Source: Candidatus Micrarchaeota archaeon
GTDB lineage: Archaea; Micrarchaeota; Micrarchaeia; Micrarchaeales; CABMGC01
Length of the DNA: 63,501 nt
Assembly (NCBI GenBank): GCA_027319905.1
Contig: DAHVMJ010000004.1
Coordinates: 1-63,501, forward strand
Reading direction: 5' to 3'
Part shown: positions 1 through 10,170 of the stretch, piece by piece
How the letters are laid out: every line of letters starts with the position of its first letter
Numbering within the stretch: position 1 is the first letter of the stretch
The notes under the pieces: generated by a model
The model's database searches: none
Seen by the model: only the letters and a program-made list of their open reading frames with translations
Told to the model about the DNA's origin: nothing
Position numbers and translations under genes: made by a program

Positions 1-8
1 AGAAAGAA

Positions 9-605
9 TTGAAACACTTGACTGACGCTTATCGTGTGAATAAAAAGTTCTTCGGCATAGATGTTCCGAAATTTCAAGTGAAGCTCTTTAACACGAGGGC
101 GGAGTTTAACAAAGAAGTGCATCAGAGGAAAACTCCCAGATGGCTGGCTGCTTATTCTAACAAACGAAGAATCGCAATATTTATGCCATCAGTGTTTGAG
201 AGGCTAACATCTCACAGACTTTCGGCGTATCGACAGATACTAACACATGAGATGAACCACGTATTTTACGGGAATTTTGTAGGCCATTATGCCCCTATTT
301 GGCTGATAGAGGGACTTGCAAGAAATGTTGCAGGACAGGGTAGAGAAACCAACGAGCCTGTTAATACGGACTACCTGTTTTACACGTACAGCGACAAAAA
401 GGCATACAAAAACAAGGCAGGTGCGTACCATCTATGTGTGGAGAACGGTTATTATTTCACCAAATTTATACTGGAGAAAGATGGCAAATCTGAGATAATA
501 AATTTCTTGCGAAAGTATAAGGTCAGGAAAGATAAGAAAGTGTATGATTTGTCTATGAAGAAGTGGGTGGCTGAGCTAAAGGTAGCCAGCTCAGTAGCCA
601 AGTAA
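9..605 (+). CDS. Zinc metallopeptidase-like protein (peptidase MA-like); may be 5'-truncated by the window edge
   Basis: HEMNH (HExxH) followed by PIWLIEGLA (PxWxxEG third-ligand motif). Confidence 0.6.
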   Translation: MKHLTDAYRVNKKFFGIDVPKFQVKLFNTRAEFNKEVHQRKTPRWLAAYSNKRRIAIFMPSVFERLTSHRLSAYRQILTHEMNHVFYGNFVGHYAPIWLIEGLARNVAGQGRETNEPVNTDYLFYTYSDKKAYKNKAGAYHLCVENGYYFTKFILEKDGKSEIINFLRKYKVRKDKKVYDLSMKKWVAELKVASSVAK

Positions 606-860
606 ATCGTAAGAGGGCGATACCCTATCTCCTGCAACTGCCTAGGGCCGCAGAATCGCATATCTTTGTATACCTGTTCCCCTTCTCACGTGACGTGCCA
701 ATGGCGGCCTCCCCGTTTTTCAATTTTCTCGACGACAGAAAATTGTTTGTCGCCTATGTAGGAGATCTGAACCCGTGGTAAGAAGATCTTCTGGAGCTAC
801 GAGCCCTAAAAATTTTCTCCTTGAAGACTTTGCCAGTCGAAGTGTAAGAAGTTTGTGCCT

Positions 861-1379
861 TCAGAACAAATCTGAATCATTAACATATCCTAATTCTTCT
901 AATGTCTGCTTCATTTTCTGCGCCACCTCATCATCTTCAGAAAATGAGCCGCCATAATGTTTGGAGAAGGGCTGCGCTATGATGTAGTCATATTTCTTGG
1001 GAAGCGTTATGCAAAGATCTGTAACCGATACAGAGGCATTTACCTGAAAAGACAATTTGTCTGGAAAAGTGGTACCGGGGATGAAGGATATGTCTGCACT
1101 TAGATCTGTATCTACAACCAGAACCTTAATGCCTGATTTTTCAAACTCAGATTTGAGAGAATTTTGCACTGCATCACTTACGTGAGAATGAGTCACCGTA
1201 AGGTCCGATTGATATGCAGGTTCGATGCTGTATCCTTCTATTCCTTTGTTTCTGAAAGCGAGATGAATTCGCTCTGCTTCGAGATAGGCGACCTGGCCGG
1301 TTTCCTGCCTAACCTCCGCTTTAAGACCAGCGTCTGCGGATGGCGGTGTCTTTTCTTTGTCCATGAATTTTACACCCAT
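861..1379 (-). CDS. Hypothetical protein
   Basis: 172-aa ORF with protein-like composition and an upstream TTTTAAAG TATA-like box; no motif recognised. Confidence 0.5.
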   Translation of the reverse strand: MGVKFMDKEKTPPSADAGLKAEVRQETGQVAYLEAERIHLAFRNKGIEGYSIEPAYQSDLTVTHSHVSDAVQNSLKSEFEKSGIKVLVVDTDLSADISFIPGTTFPDKLSFQVNASVSVTDLCITLPKKYDYIIAQPFSKHYGGSFSEDDEVAQKMKQTLEELGYVNDSDLF

Positions 1380-1606
1380 ACCATCGCAAGGAATGCCATC
1401 GTGCTCTTTAAAAGCTTATGTGTAAAAAATTGCGTCCGTGCCAAAATACCTTTCCAGCATCAGAAGCGCTCCTTTGTTCCGAGCGCCACCGGTTCACGTG
1501 AGAAAACGAATAGACGACGCCCAGCAAGTGTCACCAGGCATAGATTTTGTACCGACACATATGCTTTAAGCATGTGGCATATATACTATACGGTTGACAT
1601 ATTCAC

Positions 1607-2593
1607 ATGGAGAAGACGCCATTCAAGTTCGGCAGGAGCAGCTTTGCTATGGTCATACCAAAGGCATGGGCCGAGAAGAACGGGTTGCAGAGGAAGAATC
1701 TGCTCTACGTGAACGAGGATGACTCTGGAAACCTTGTGGTGAGCACCAAACAGGGTGGCAAGGCAGAATTCGAGGAGGTGGTCACAAAGGAGACGTACAC
1801 ATTCATCTGGCGCCTGATAGGTTTCCACTACATGTACGGCACGACAAGACTGCGCATATACTCCAAAGACGGATTCAGCGCGGGCCAGGTGCGCGCGATA
1901 GAGGAGAATGTGCACCGGTACTACATGGGCTTCGAGATAACAAGCCAGTCGATCAACGACTTTGTGATAGAGGACATGAGCAATATCAAGGACACGTCGA
2001 TAGACAAGATAACCGTGAAGATCGCCTTCCTGATCTCCGAGATGTTCAAGGAGCTGCTCAGCGAAGCGTACGAGAGGAGCGGAAAGCGGGACCTGCTGCA
2101 CCGCGGCGCAAAAATTGGCGGAGTGGATGTGGCGCATGCCGAGGCGGGGAGCATGAAAACTGGCGCTTCTTACAGCTCTATAGACGGGATCGAGGAACTA
2201 GTGAACCGCTACTATCTGCTGGGCATAAGGTACCTGAACATGCTCAAGCCAGGCAACATCTACCTGTATCTGAGGGCCCTCGAGCTGATGGAAGACGCGG
2301 CAGACATACTCGTAAGGTTCTCGAAGATCGACTTTGGACAGGCGAGAGGCGTGCTCGAAAGCGACCAGAGGCTGTTCGAGACCAGCGCGGCCGCCATGAA
2401 AGGCGATAGGAAGAAGATAGACGAGGTGTTCAAGATGACTGAAGCGATAAGCAAGGAGATGAGAAGAGTGAAGGTGCAGGAACACATCTTCGAGATGCTC
2501 TACGACCTTACGTGGAGCATCGCAGTCATAGCAGAAGCAGGCCTGATAAGGGAAAAGGTGGCGCAGCAGAGGGAGAACGCGCCTCGGCCTTAG
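1607..2593 (+). CDS. AbrB/PhoU-family phosphate uptake regulator-like protein
   Basis: N-terminal AbrB-like GRSSFAMVIPKAWA motif, YMYG..LRI and GFEI segments, helical PhoU-like C-terminus. Confidence 0.7.
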   Translation: MEKTPFKFGRSSFAMVIPKAWAEKNGLQRKNLLYVNEDDSGNLVVSTKQGGKAEFEEVVTKETYTFIWRLIGFHYMYGTTRLRIYSKDGFSAGQVRAIEENVHRYYMGFEITSQSINDFVIEDMSNIKDTSIDKITVKIAFLISEMFKELLSEAYERSGKRDLLHRGAKIGGVDVAHAEAGSMKTGASYSSIDGIEELVNRYYLLGIRYLNMLKPGNIYLYLRALELMEDAADILVRFSKIDFGQARGVLESDQRLFETSAAAMKGDRKKIDEVFKMTEAISKEMRRVKVQEHIFEMLYDLTWSIAVIAEAGLIREKVAQQRENAPRP

Positions 2594-2709
2594 CATATAG
2601 CATACTTTAATAAAGCGGGAAAATCACTTTATTAGAGTGGGGCTCTGGCCCGCGGCAAGCGGACCTGGGCGGTGGACGGGAGAAGGTTGAGGCTACGGAC
2701 GCGCTCATA

Positions 2710-3459
2710 TTGGCTGGAGGTTTCGCAACTAGACTTGAGCCCATCGGAGAGTTTATACCAAAGGCGCTGCTCACGCTGAACGGCAAGCCGCTGATAGACT
2801 ACATAATAAACGACCTGGAGGGCATAGAGGCGGTAGACCGCATACTTATCTCAACGAACAAGAAGTTCGAGGACCAATTTGACTACTGGATGAAGCTGAG
2901 GACAGCAGCAGGTTTCAAGAAAAAAATGACGCTCATAGTCGAGCCCGCGATCCACAACGGCCAGAAACTCGGAGCCGTAAAGGGGATAGCCCACGCGATA
3001 AAGGAAGCAAGAATGAAAGACGACGCCCTCATAATCTTCGGAGACAACTTCTACACGTTTGACATGGGGATGCTGATGGAGGATCTGAGCGTGTCAGACA
3101 AGATACAGAGGCCGGGGCTTATAGCCTATGATATAGGTTCGCTGGAGAACGCGAAGAGATTCGGAGTGGTAAAGGAAGCCGGGGGCCGTGTCACGGACAT
3201 AGAGGAGAAACCCCAGAATCCGGCTTCTTCGCTGGTTAGCACGGGCATCTACTTCTTCCCGAAGACGGCCATTGGTCACTTTGCCAAGTACGTGCGATCT
3301 GGGGGCAACACGGACGGGATGGGCTTCTTCCTAAAGTGGCTGACAACACAGATGGAGGTCCAGGCGGTAGTGCCAACAAAGGGAGAGTGGTTCGACATCG
3401 GAACGCTCGACGGATACAAGGAGGTATTCTACAAACAAAAGGGCTACAAGCAGAAATAA
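2710..3459 (+). CDS. Sugar-phosphate nucleotidyltransferase (NTP_transferase family); true start probably upstream
   Basis: (DALIL)AGGFATRL..PKALL, GDN, EEKP and WFDIGT motifs; frame is open back to 2614. Confidence 0.9.
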   Translation: MAGGFATRLEPIGEFIPKALLTLNGKPLIDYIINDLEGIEAVDRILISTNKKFEDQFDYWMKLRTAAGFKKKMTLIVEPAIHNGQKLGAVKGIAHAIKEARMKDDALIIFGDNFYTFDMGMLMEDLSVSDKIQRPGLIAYDIGSLENAKRFGVVKEAGGRVTDIEEKPQNPASSLVSTGIYFFPKTAIGHFAKYVRSGGNTDGMGFFLKWLTTQMEVQAVVPTKGEWFDIGTLDGYKEVFYKQKGYKQK

Positions 3460-3563
3460 GCGCTTACAGCCAGCAACCGTGCGCCCTACTCTGTGATTTT
3501 CACCAACCTATTTAAATTGTTACCAGCCAAAGGTATTCTTAACGAGTTATAGAGCGGGATGCG

Positions 3564-4364
3564 GTGGCAAGGAAACCTTTCATAATTGTTTTTGTTTCGC
3601 AGAAAGGCGGAGTGGGCAAAACCACGATAGCACTCAATCTTGCCGTTGCGCTTACGTACAAGAATCACAAGGTGCTGCTCGTTGATACAGATACCGAATC
3701 AGCAAGCCTGAGCGAGCAACTGGGCATAAGACCAGACGGCATGGGATACCTTGACATGCTGGGTAGCAAATCAGAGATAAAGGACACGCTCTTCGCCTAC
3801 GAACCGATAGACCTGTATCTTTTGCCTGGTAAGCAGTCCGAGGTGAAGATAACTCCGAAGCCGGAGCATATCGTCTCGTTTTACGGCAAGCTAGCGCACG
3901 CGGACTTCGATTTTGTCATAGTGGACAGCCCTCCTGGCATGTTCAGCAGTGATGTTGCCAGGTACCTCAACGACGTTGCGATACTGACCACGCCCGATTC
4001 TGTCTCCTCATCAAGCAGCGCAAAGATGAACCAGTACTGCCAGAGGCTCAAGCTCGAGCACAGGCTGATAATAAACCGGATGGGTTACAGCAAGTACGAC
4101 CTTGAACGCGAGGAGGTGGAGCGCATCTACGGCGATGTTGCGTTCCAGACTGTGCCTGAAGACAAGATAATAGCTGAAAGCCTGAGAAAGAGAAAGCCGG
4201 CGTACATGATAGACAAGAACTCAGACTTCTGCGTCGCGATAAGCGAGCTGGCGAACGACTACTCGTTGAAGGTGGATTCGCGGCGAGGAGCAGAAGATGA
4301 GGTGTTTGAGAGAAGCACCACGCCCACTGTCTTCGAGAGGCTTGCAAAATGGTTTCTGAAGTAA
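3564..4364 (+). CDS. MinD/ParA-family ATPase
   Basis: Deviant Walker A KGGVGKTT, LLVDTD and IVDSPPG motifs. Confidence 0.85.
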   Translation: MARKPFIIVFVSQKGGVGKTTIALNLAVALTYKNHKVLLVDTDTESASLSEQLGIRPDGMGYLDMLGSKSEIKDTLFAYEPIDLYLLPGKQSEVKITPKPEHIVSFYGKLAHADFDFVIVDSPPGMFSSDVARYLNDVAILTTPDSVSSSSSAKMNQYCQRLKLEHRLIINRMGYSKYDLEREEVERIYGDVAFQTVPEDKIIAESLRKRKPAYMIDKNSDFCVAISELANDYSLKVDSRRGAEDEVFERSTTPTVFERLAKWFLK

Positions 4365-4410
4365 AGGGCATTGCCTACTTATTTTAAGCTTGCATGCCTA
4401 TGCTTTTCGT

Positions 4411-4532
4411 GCCGGGGTGGCAGAATCTGGTTAATGCGCCGGTCTTGAATCAACTAGGTTCAAGAGCTGAATTGTGATGCGAAGAAAACCGGTTCCCTCG
4501 CGGGATTTAGGGTTCAAATCCCTACCCCGGCG
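4411..4532 (+). tRNA. tRNA-Ser(TGA) with a 37-nt anticodon-loop intron (about 4450-4486)
   Basis: Acceptor GCCGGGG/CCCCGGC, anticodon stem CCGGT/ACCGG, long variable arm, T arm TAGGG-TTCAAAT-CCCTA. Confidence 0.9.
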
Positions 4533-4658
4533 ATTCACTCGGCGCTTGCGCTTTTGGAACGGCCTGCGACCTAGCACCGTCTACGGCGAAACACGGAGAC
4601 AAACAGGACAGGAAAGCTGGTTTTAAATACTCTGCCTGCCAATTTCCTCTGCATTCTT

Positions 4659-5609
4659 ATGGGGGAAAACGCACAGGCTCTACTTGGAGGCAGAGTCAAA
4701 GATCTGAAACTTTCCAAGAACATGAGCGTGAAAGAGCTAATTGCAAACATGAGCGCGGTGGGCGGATTCTCGGCGCAGCACATGGTCAACGGGATAGGCA
4801 TACTGGGCGAGATGCTCAAGGACAAGAAGTCGTTCAACTTCCTCTCCTTTCCCGCCGACATAGTCGCGACCGGCCTCCGCGGGGCGCTGGCCCAGGCGGT
4901 AAAGCACTTCGACGCGATAATCACCACGGGCGGCACGCTCGACCACGACCTGGCACGCGCGTACGGGGGAAGATACAACCTTGGCAGTTTCTACGCTGAC
5001 GACGCCGAACTGCACAGGCGCAAGGTATACAGACTCGGCAACATCTTCATAGAACAGAAGGAGTACGGGCTCGCCGTAGAGAACTACTTCAACGAGATAA
5101 TGGACGACATACATAAGTCAAAGGACTACAAAACAGAATACAGCGCCTCCGAGCTGACGTACGAGTTTGGAAGACGGATGAAGGACAGCGGATCGATAAT
5201 AAGGCAGGCTTACCTGCACAACGTGCCGATATTCAACCCGGGCATACTGGATGGCGCCTTTGGCACGCAGCTCTCCATATTCTCGCAAACGCACAGGTTC
5301 AAGCTCAACCTGATAAAGGACGAGCTGAAACTCAGCGACATCTCCTTTGACAACAAGAAGACCGGAGCGCTGATGATTGGCGGAGGTATAAGCAAACATC
5401 ACGTAATCTGGTGGAACCAGTTCAAAGGCGGGCTTGATTATGCTGTCTATATAACTACGGCCTCGCAGTTCGATGGCAGCCTGTCAGGTGCAAGGCTCAC
5501 CGAAGCGGTCTCGTGGGGCAAGGTGAAAGAGAGGGCCAGGTACGTAACCGTGGACGGAGACGCCACCATCGTACTGCCTGTAATGTTCTCCGCGCTCGAT
5601 ATTGTATAA
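4659..5609 (+). CDS. dys: Deoxyhypusine synthase
   Basis: [22 protein letters not shown] and DGSLSGA..EAVSWGK motifs. Confidence 0.95.
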   Translation: MGENAQALLGGRVKDLKLSKNMSVKELIANMSAVGGFSAQHMVNGIGILGEMLKDKKSFNFLSFPADIVATGLRGALAQAVKHFDAIITTGGTLDHDLARAYGGRYNLGSFYADDAELHRRKVYRLGNIFIEQKEYGLAVENYFNEIMDDIHKSKDYKTEYSASELTYEFGRRMKDSGSIIRQAYLHNVPIFNPGILDGAFGTQLSIFSQTHRFKLNLIKDELKLSDISFDNKKTGALMIGGGISKHHVIWWNQFKGGLDYAVYITTASQFDGSLSGARLTEAVSWGKVKERARYVTVDGDATIVLPVMFSALDIV

Positions 5610-5634
5610 ATTTGGCACGCTTGAAGGGAGATTG

Positions 5635-6804
5635 ATGACAAGAACAAGATACCTTATAACAGCAGAAAGCGTCACCGAGGGGCATCCAGATAAGGTCGCT
5701 GATATCGTATCGGACTCCGTGCTTGATGCAATAATGAGCAAGGACCCGAGCGCGCACGTGGACTGCGAAACGCTGATAATGCAGGGAATGGTTGTGATAA
5801 CCGGCCAGATAAGCACGCACGCATACGTAAACATACCAGACATAGCGAGGAGCTCTCTCAAGGAGATAGGGCTTGACAACGCCAAGGACGGGCTTGATTG
5901 GGATACATGCGGAGTCATAACCTCAATAGAGGAACAATCTCCAGACATAGCTCTAGGCGTGGACGAGAAGAAGGGCCTCGACATAGGGGCCGGCGATCAG
6001 GGATTTGTCTTCGGCTACGCATGCAACGAGACACCGGAGCTAATGCCGCTACCCACAATGCTTTCCCACAAGCTTGTTATGAGGCTAACAGAGTGCAGGA
6101 AGAATGGCATGCTTCCTTACCTCAGACCTGACGGTAAATCTCAGGTCACGGTGGAGTACGTGAATGGGAAACCCAAGCGCGTAGACACCGTGGTGATAGC
6201 GGCGCAGCACGTGAACGGCAGCGCGATAGATCAGGTGAGGCGCGATGTGGTGGAGAAAGTGGTGAAGAAGGTAATACCGAGTTCACTCATGGACAAGAAC
6301 ACCAAGTTCATAATAAACGGCACCGGAAGGTTCACGATTGGGGGGACGCTTGCAGACTCTGGGCTAACAGGCAGGAAGACGGTGGTGGACGGCTATGGGA
6401 GCATCGGCAAATCCGGGGGCGGGTGCTTCAGCGGCAAGGATCCCACAAAGGTTGATAGGTCAGGAGCGTACTATGCACGCTACATAGCAAAGAACGTTGT
6501 CGCAGCCGGACTGTCCGACAAGTGCGAGATACAGATCGCTTATGCGATTGGAGTTGCGAAGCCGGTGTCATTTTACATAAATACTATGGGCACCGGCAAG
6601 ATAAGCGATGATAAGCTGGAGGCGCTTGTCAAGAAGAATTTTGACATGAGGCCAGGAGCAATAATAAAGCAGCTGGACCTGCGCAGACCGATCTTCAAGA
6701 AGACAGCGGCTTATGGGCACTTCGGAAGGGACGACAAAGATTTCACATGGGAGAAGACAGACAAGGTCGACCTGCTAAGGAAGGGCGCAAGAGGAGCGAA
6801 ATGA
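5635..6804 (+). CDS. metK: S-adenosylmethionine synthetase, bacterial/eukaryotic type
   Basis: [35 protein letters not shown] and YGHFGR motifs. Confidence 0.97.
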   Translation: MTRTRYLITAESVTEGHPDKVADIVSDSVLDAIMSKDPSAHVDCETLIMQGMVVITGQISTHAYVNIPDIARSSLKEIGLDNAKDGLDWDTCGVITSIEEQSPDIALGVDEKKGLDIGAGDQGFVFGYACNETPELMPLPTMLSHKLVMRLTECRKNGMLPYLRPDGKSQVTVEYVNGKPKRVDTVVIAAQHVNGSAIDQVRRDVVEKVVKKVIPSSLMDKNTKFIINGTGRFTIGGTLADSGLTGRKTVVDGYGSIGKSGGGCFSGKDPTKVDRSGAYYARYIAKNVVAAGLSDKCEIQIAYAIGVAKPVSFYINTMGTGKISDDKLEALVKKNFDMRPGAIIKQLDLRRPIFKKTAAYGHFGRDDKDFTWEKTDKVDLLRKGARGAK

Positions 6805-7181
6805 CATTTGACGTAAGAACTGCCCTGATTCTTGTAGCTTTCGTGCTGTTCGTTTCTTTCGTAGGCTCCCTTTCGTACGTGCTCTCGTTCTATAACACGC
6901 AATCGACGCTGCCGCCTTTCTCCAGAGTCGTTACTCAGGGAACGCGCATAAGCAACTTTCTGGTGCAAAGCGTGAACGTGCCAAACGATACGGTCTCGGG
7001 ACTGCTCTACATCTTGTATCCCCCGGCCTATGTAAACGGCACGCCAAAAACCCTCGACGCCGGAGACATAATAGGGTACGCGTGCGACGACTCGGAGTGG
7101 ATACTCACGGGCGTAAACGCAAACAACGATACCGCGGTCTTTACCGAGGTCGTAACGAAAATAAGCCCGTGCCCGATCTGA
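6801..7181 (+). CDS. Hypothetical membrane-anchored protein
   Basis: ATGA overlap with the metK stop; N-terminal hydrophobic helix. Confidence 0.6.
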   Translation: MTFDVRTALILVAFVLFVSFVGSLSYVLSFYNTQSTLPPFSRVVTQGTRISNFLVQSVNVPNDTVSGLLYILYPPAYVNGTPKTLDAGDIIGYACDDSEWILTGVNANNDTAVFTEVVTKISPCPI

Positions 7182-7286
7182 CTGCAAGCGACAGGAGAGG
7201 AGCCGATACTATTGCCTTCTTTGCGTTCCGAGCGCCTTCGCAACGTCACGCAGGTATCTCTTGGCTTCTGGCTGTTGGTTTTGGCA

Positions 7287-7592
7287 TCAAGAAAGAGTTA
7301 TCTCGATCTGCACCGCGTCTGGGACAGGTATGCGCATTATCTGCCTGAGGGCCTGGTCGCTGCCGTCTATCTCGACGAGCCACTTGTGTATGCGCATCTC
7401 CCAGTGGTCAAACGTATGCGAGCCGTCTCCGCATGGCGTCTTTCGCGTGGGTATGATCATGCGGCGCGTTGGCAGAGGTATTGGTCCCTTGCACTTGACG
7501 TTTATGCTCTTCGCTATGTCGACTATCTGCTTGGCGATATCGCGCACTGAGCCCATGTTCTTGCTGATAAGCTTGATTCGCGCTACAGGCAT
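7287..7592 (-). CDS. rps10: 30S ribosomal protein uS10
   Basis: GPIPLPT, RKTPCGDGSHTFDHWEMRIHK; lies downstream of EF-1alpha. Confidence 0.97.
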   Translation of the reverse strand: MPVARIKLISKNMGSVRDIAKQIVDIAKSINVKCKGPIPLPTRRMIIPTRKTPCGDGSHTFDHWEMRIHKWLVEIDGSDQALRQIMRIPVPDAVQIEITLS

Positions 7593-7595
7593 TCA

Positions 7596-8873
7596 TTAAC
7601 CCTGCTTCTTGACAATCTCGAGCACAACTCCTGCAGCAACTGTCTGTCCCATGTCCCTTATGGCGAACCTGCCGAGCGGCTTGAAGTCGCTGAACTTCTC
7701 CACTACAACTGGTCTGCTCGGCTTTATCTTGACTATTGCCACGTCTCCTGTCTTGATGAACTCGGGGTTCTTCTGCATCGTCTGACCCGTCTTGGGGTCT
7801 TTCTTCTCCACTATCTCAGTTATGGTGCAGGCGATCTGGGCGGTGTGTATGTGGAATACTGGCGAGTAACCAGGTGCTATTGCAGTGGGATGGTTTATGA
7901 CCACTATCTGCCCTGTGAACTCGTCGACAACCGCTGGCGGGCTGCTTGCGGGGCCTATCACGTCTCCGCGATGAATGTCCTTCTTATCCACGCCCTTTAT
8001 GTTGAAGCCTATGTTGTCTCCCGGCTCGGCCTTTTGCAGCTGCTGGTGGTGCATCTCGATGCTCTTCACATCTGTTTTGACGCCGGCAGGCATTATTATT
8101 ATCTGGTCACCTGGCTTCATCACTCCGGTTTCAACCCTGCCCACTGGCACGGTACCGAATCCAGATATGCTATAAACATCCTGGATTGGCAGCCTCAGCG
8201 GCTTGTCGGTCTCCTTCTGCGGGACGGTGAACGTGTCTAGCGCCGCTAGAAGCGTCGGGCCGCTGAACCATGACAACTTGTCAGACTTTTCTTTCACGTT
8301 GTCTCCGGTCAGCGCGGAGTATGGAATGAAAAGTATCTTGCTTGTGTCGTATCCTATGGCCTTGAGGAAGCTGGATACAGAAGCCTTCGTGCTCTCGAAC
8401 TTGGCGGCATCGAAGCCCACAGCGTCCATCTTGTTTATCGCGACTATCAGCTGGTTGATGCCCAGTATCTTCGCGAGCTGCGCGTGCTCCCTGGTCTGCG
8501 TCTGCACTCCTTCCTGCGCAGAGCACACCAGCACAGCAGCGTCAGCCTGGCTTGCTCCAGTGATCATGTTCTTTACGAAGTCCCTGTGACCAGGCGCATC
8601 TATGATTGTGAAGTAGTACTTGGCTGTCTGGAAGTCCTTGTGCGCTATGTCTATTGTCACTCCTCGCTCTCTCTCTTCCTTGAGCTCGTCCATGACGAAC
8701 GCGAACTCGAAGGTTGCCTTTCCCAGTGCCTTGGCCTCCTCCTTCAGCTTGTTCAGGTCCTGCTCGCTAACTGCGCCGGCCGCGTACATAAGCCTGCCTA
8801 CCGTGGTCGACTTGCCGTGGTCGACGTGACCTATGAAGATCAGATTCAGGTGTGGTTTTTCTGCCATATTCAT
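7596..8873 (-). CDS. tuf: Translation elongation factor aEF-1alpha
   Basis: GHVDHGKST, ERERGVTI, DAPGHRDF, NKMD and GRFAIRDMG motifs. Confidence 0.99.
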   Translation of the reverse strand: MNMAEKPHLNLIFIGHVDHGKSTTVGRLMYAAGAVSEQDLNKLKEEAKALGKATFEFAFVMDELKEERERGVTIDIAHKDFQTAKYYFTIIDAPGHRDFVKNMITGASQADAAVLVCSAQEGVQTQTREHAQLAKILGINQLIVAINKMDAVGFDAAKFESTKASVSSFLKAIGYDTSKILFIPYSALTGDNVKEKSDKLSWFSGPTLLAALDTFTVPQKETDKPLRLPIQDVYSISGFGTVPVGRVETGVMKPGDQIIIMPAGVKTDVKSIEMHHQQLQKAEPGDNIGFNIKGVDKKDIHRGDVIGPASSPPAVVDEFTGQIVVINHPTAIAPGYSPVFHIHTAQIACTITEIVEKKDPKTGQTMQKNPEFIKTGDVAIVKIKPSRPVVVEKFSDFKPLGRFAIRDMGQTVAAGVVLEIVKKQG

Positions 8874-9066
8874 CTACCGATAAATGTGATTGTTTTGATT
8901 TATGCGAGCGCAGAATTCGAGACGAAAAAGCGCCCCATTAAACAGTAGTAGTTAGCGGACAACGTATTTAAAGGTTTGTGTGAAACGCCGACGGAAAGTG
9001 GAGATCTGCGGCCTTGAAAGCCTCGGACAGGAGCCGGGCCAATTAGTCAGGGTCCATCTGGACGGG

Positions 9067-9330
9067 TTAATCCAATTCGGGATTGCTTCTAACCACTTCC
9101 TTTGCTCCTTCTTTGAATGATTTATTAATCTCTTCTAAGACCTCCGCCTTCAAGACATCCGGGAGGTCTTCTTTCTTCAGATATTTTTCTTTGAACTCGG
9201 ACTGCATTTCCGAAACCCCGTGAACAGGGGTCGGGTCTCCTATTAAGGCACGCGCAGTGCCTAGTGCTCCTGCCTCAAACCCTTCGGATCTGGCAATATT
9301 CCTTAGTTCTCCCAGTCTTAGGGCTTGCAT
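9067..9330 (-). CDS. Hypothetical protein
   Basis: 87-aa ORF filling an intergenic gap, with upstream TTTATATT box. Confidence 0.45.
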   Translation of the reverse strand: MQALRLGELRNIARSEGFEAGALGTARALIGDPTPVHGVSEMQSEFKEKYLKKEDLPDVLKAEVLEEINKSFKEGAKEVVRSNPELD

Positions 9331-9534
9331 TGACGTAAGTTTTATTTCAGGTATATAATCAGAAAGAACATCGTTTTGGGTGAATATAAATCTTTGTTTG
9401 ACCGCCTCGGTTTGGAGTCAGGTCTAGCCCTGATGCATAAAGACAGGGATGCGAAGAAAACTATTTATACTTTATATAGCTCATAGTATGCACTTGTTCT
9501 CCCGCAAGTACTGCAATTGTGCAGGAGGGATTTC

Positions 9535-10170
9535 ATGCTGGAAGAGAAGTACCAGGAGTTTGAGAAGTTCATAGACGAGAATAAGAACCAGAGGAAGTTC
9601 GAGCAGAGCGTAGAGCTCGCGATAAACTTCAAGGGCGTGGACTTTTCGAAGCAGGCAAACAGGCTGAACGTTGACGTGCTGCTGCCGAACGGCAGGGGCA
9701 AGACCAACAAACTAGCGCTCTTCGCCACTGACAAGAACTTCGTCTCGGCCGCGAGGGACAAGGGCATAGAGGTGCTGGACGGCAACTCGCTGCCAACGAT
9801 AGCAAGCGACAAGGAGAAGATGAACTCCCTTCTGGGCTACGACCTGCTGGCACAGCCAAACCTGATGCCGAGCATAGCAAAGCAGCTCGGACCGTTTCTC
9901 GGACCAAGGAACAAGATGCCAAAGCCCGTGATGACAGCGCAGGATCTGGGCCGAACGGCAGGAGAGACGAGCAAGCGCATCTCCATAAAGAACAAGGGCA
10001 AGTTCCTGCCCACGGTGCACTGCGTGGTGGGCAGCGAGAAGATGGAGGCGAAGAAGATTTACGAAAACATACAGGAGGTTGTTGGTGACGTGAACAAGGC
10101 AGTAGGCGCGAACAGGATACGCTCAGTGTACGTAAAGCTGACGATGAGCAAACCGCTGAAACTGGTGTGA
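9535..10170 (+). CDS. rpl1: 50S ribosomal protein uL1
   Basis: RKFEQSVEL, LGPRNKMPKP and YVKLTM motifs. Confidence 0.96.
   Translation: MLEEKYQEFEKFIDENKNQRKFEQSVELAINFKGVDFSKQANRLNVDVLLPNGRGKTNKLALFATDKNFVSAARDKGIEVLDGNSLPTIASDKEKMNSLLGYDLLAQPNLMPSIAKQLGPFLGPRNKMPKPVMTAQDLGRTAGETSKRISIKNKGKFLPTVHCVVGSEKMEAKKIYENIQEVVGDVNKAVGANRIRSVYVKLTMSKPLKLV

Noticed and set aside
794..806. GGGCTCGTAGCTC on the minus strand looks like a tRNA 5' end
   Set aside because: No matching acceptor 3' strand or cloverleaf follows
1476..7236. 12-mer GTTCCGAGCGCC shared by two intergenic regions (1476-1487, 7225-7236)
   Set aside because: About one such match is expected by chance and the flanks do not align convincingly
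8986..9066. GC-rich intergenic stretch with GGCCTTGAAAGCC resembling a Ser anticodon arm
   Set aside because: No acceptor or T arm; only weak hairpins; the similarity to 9404-9424 is marginal
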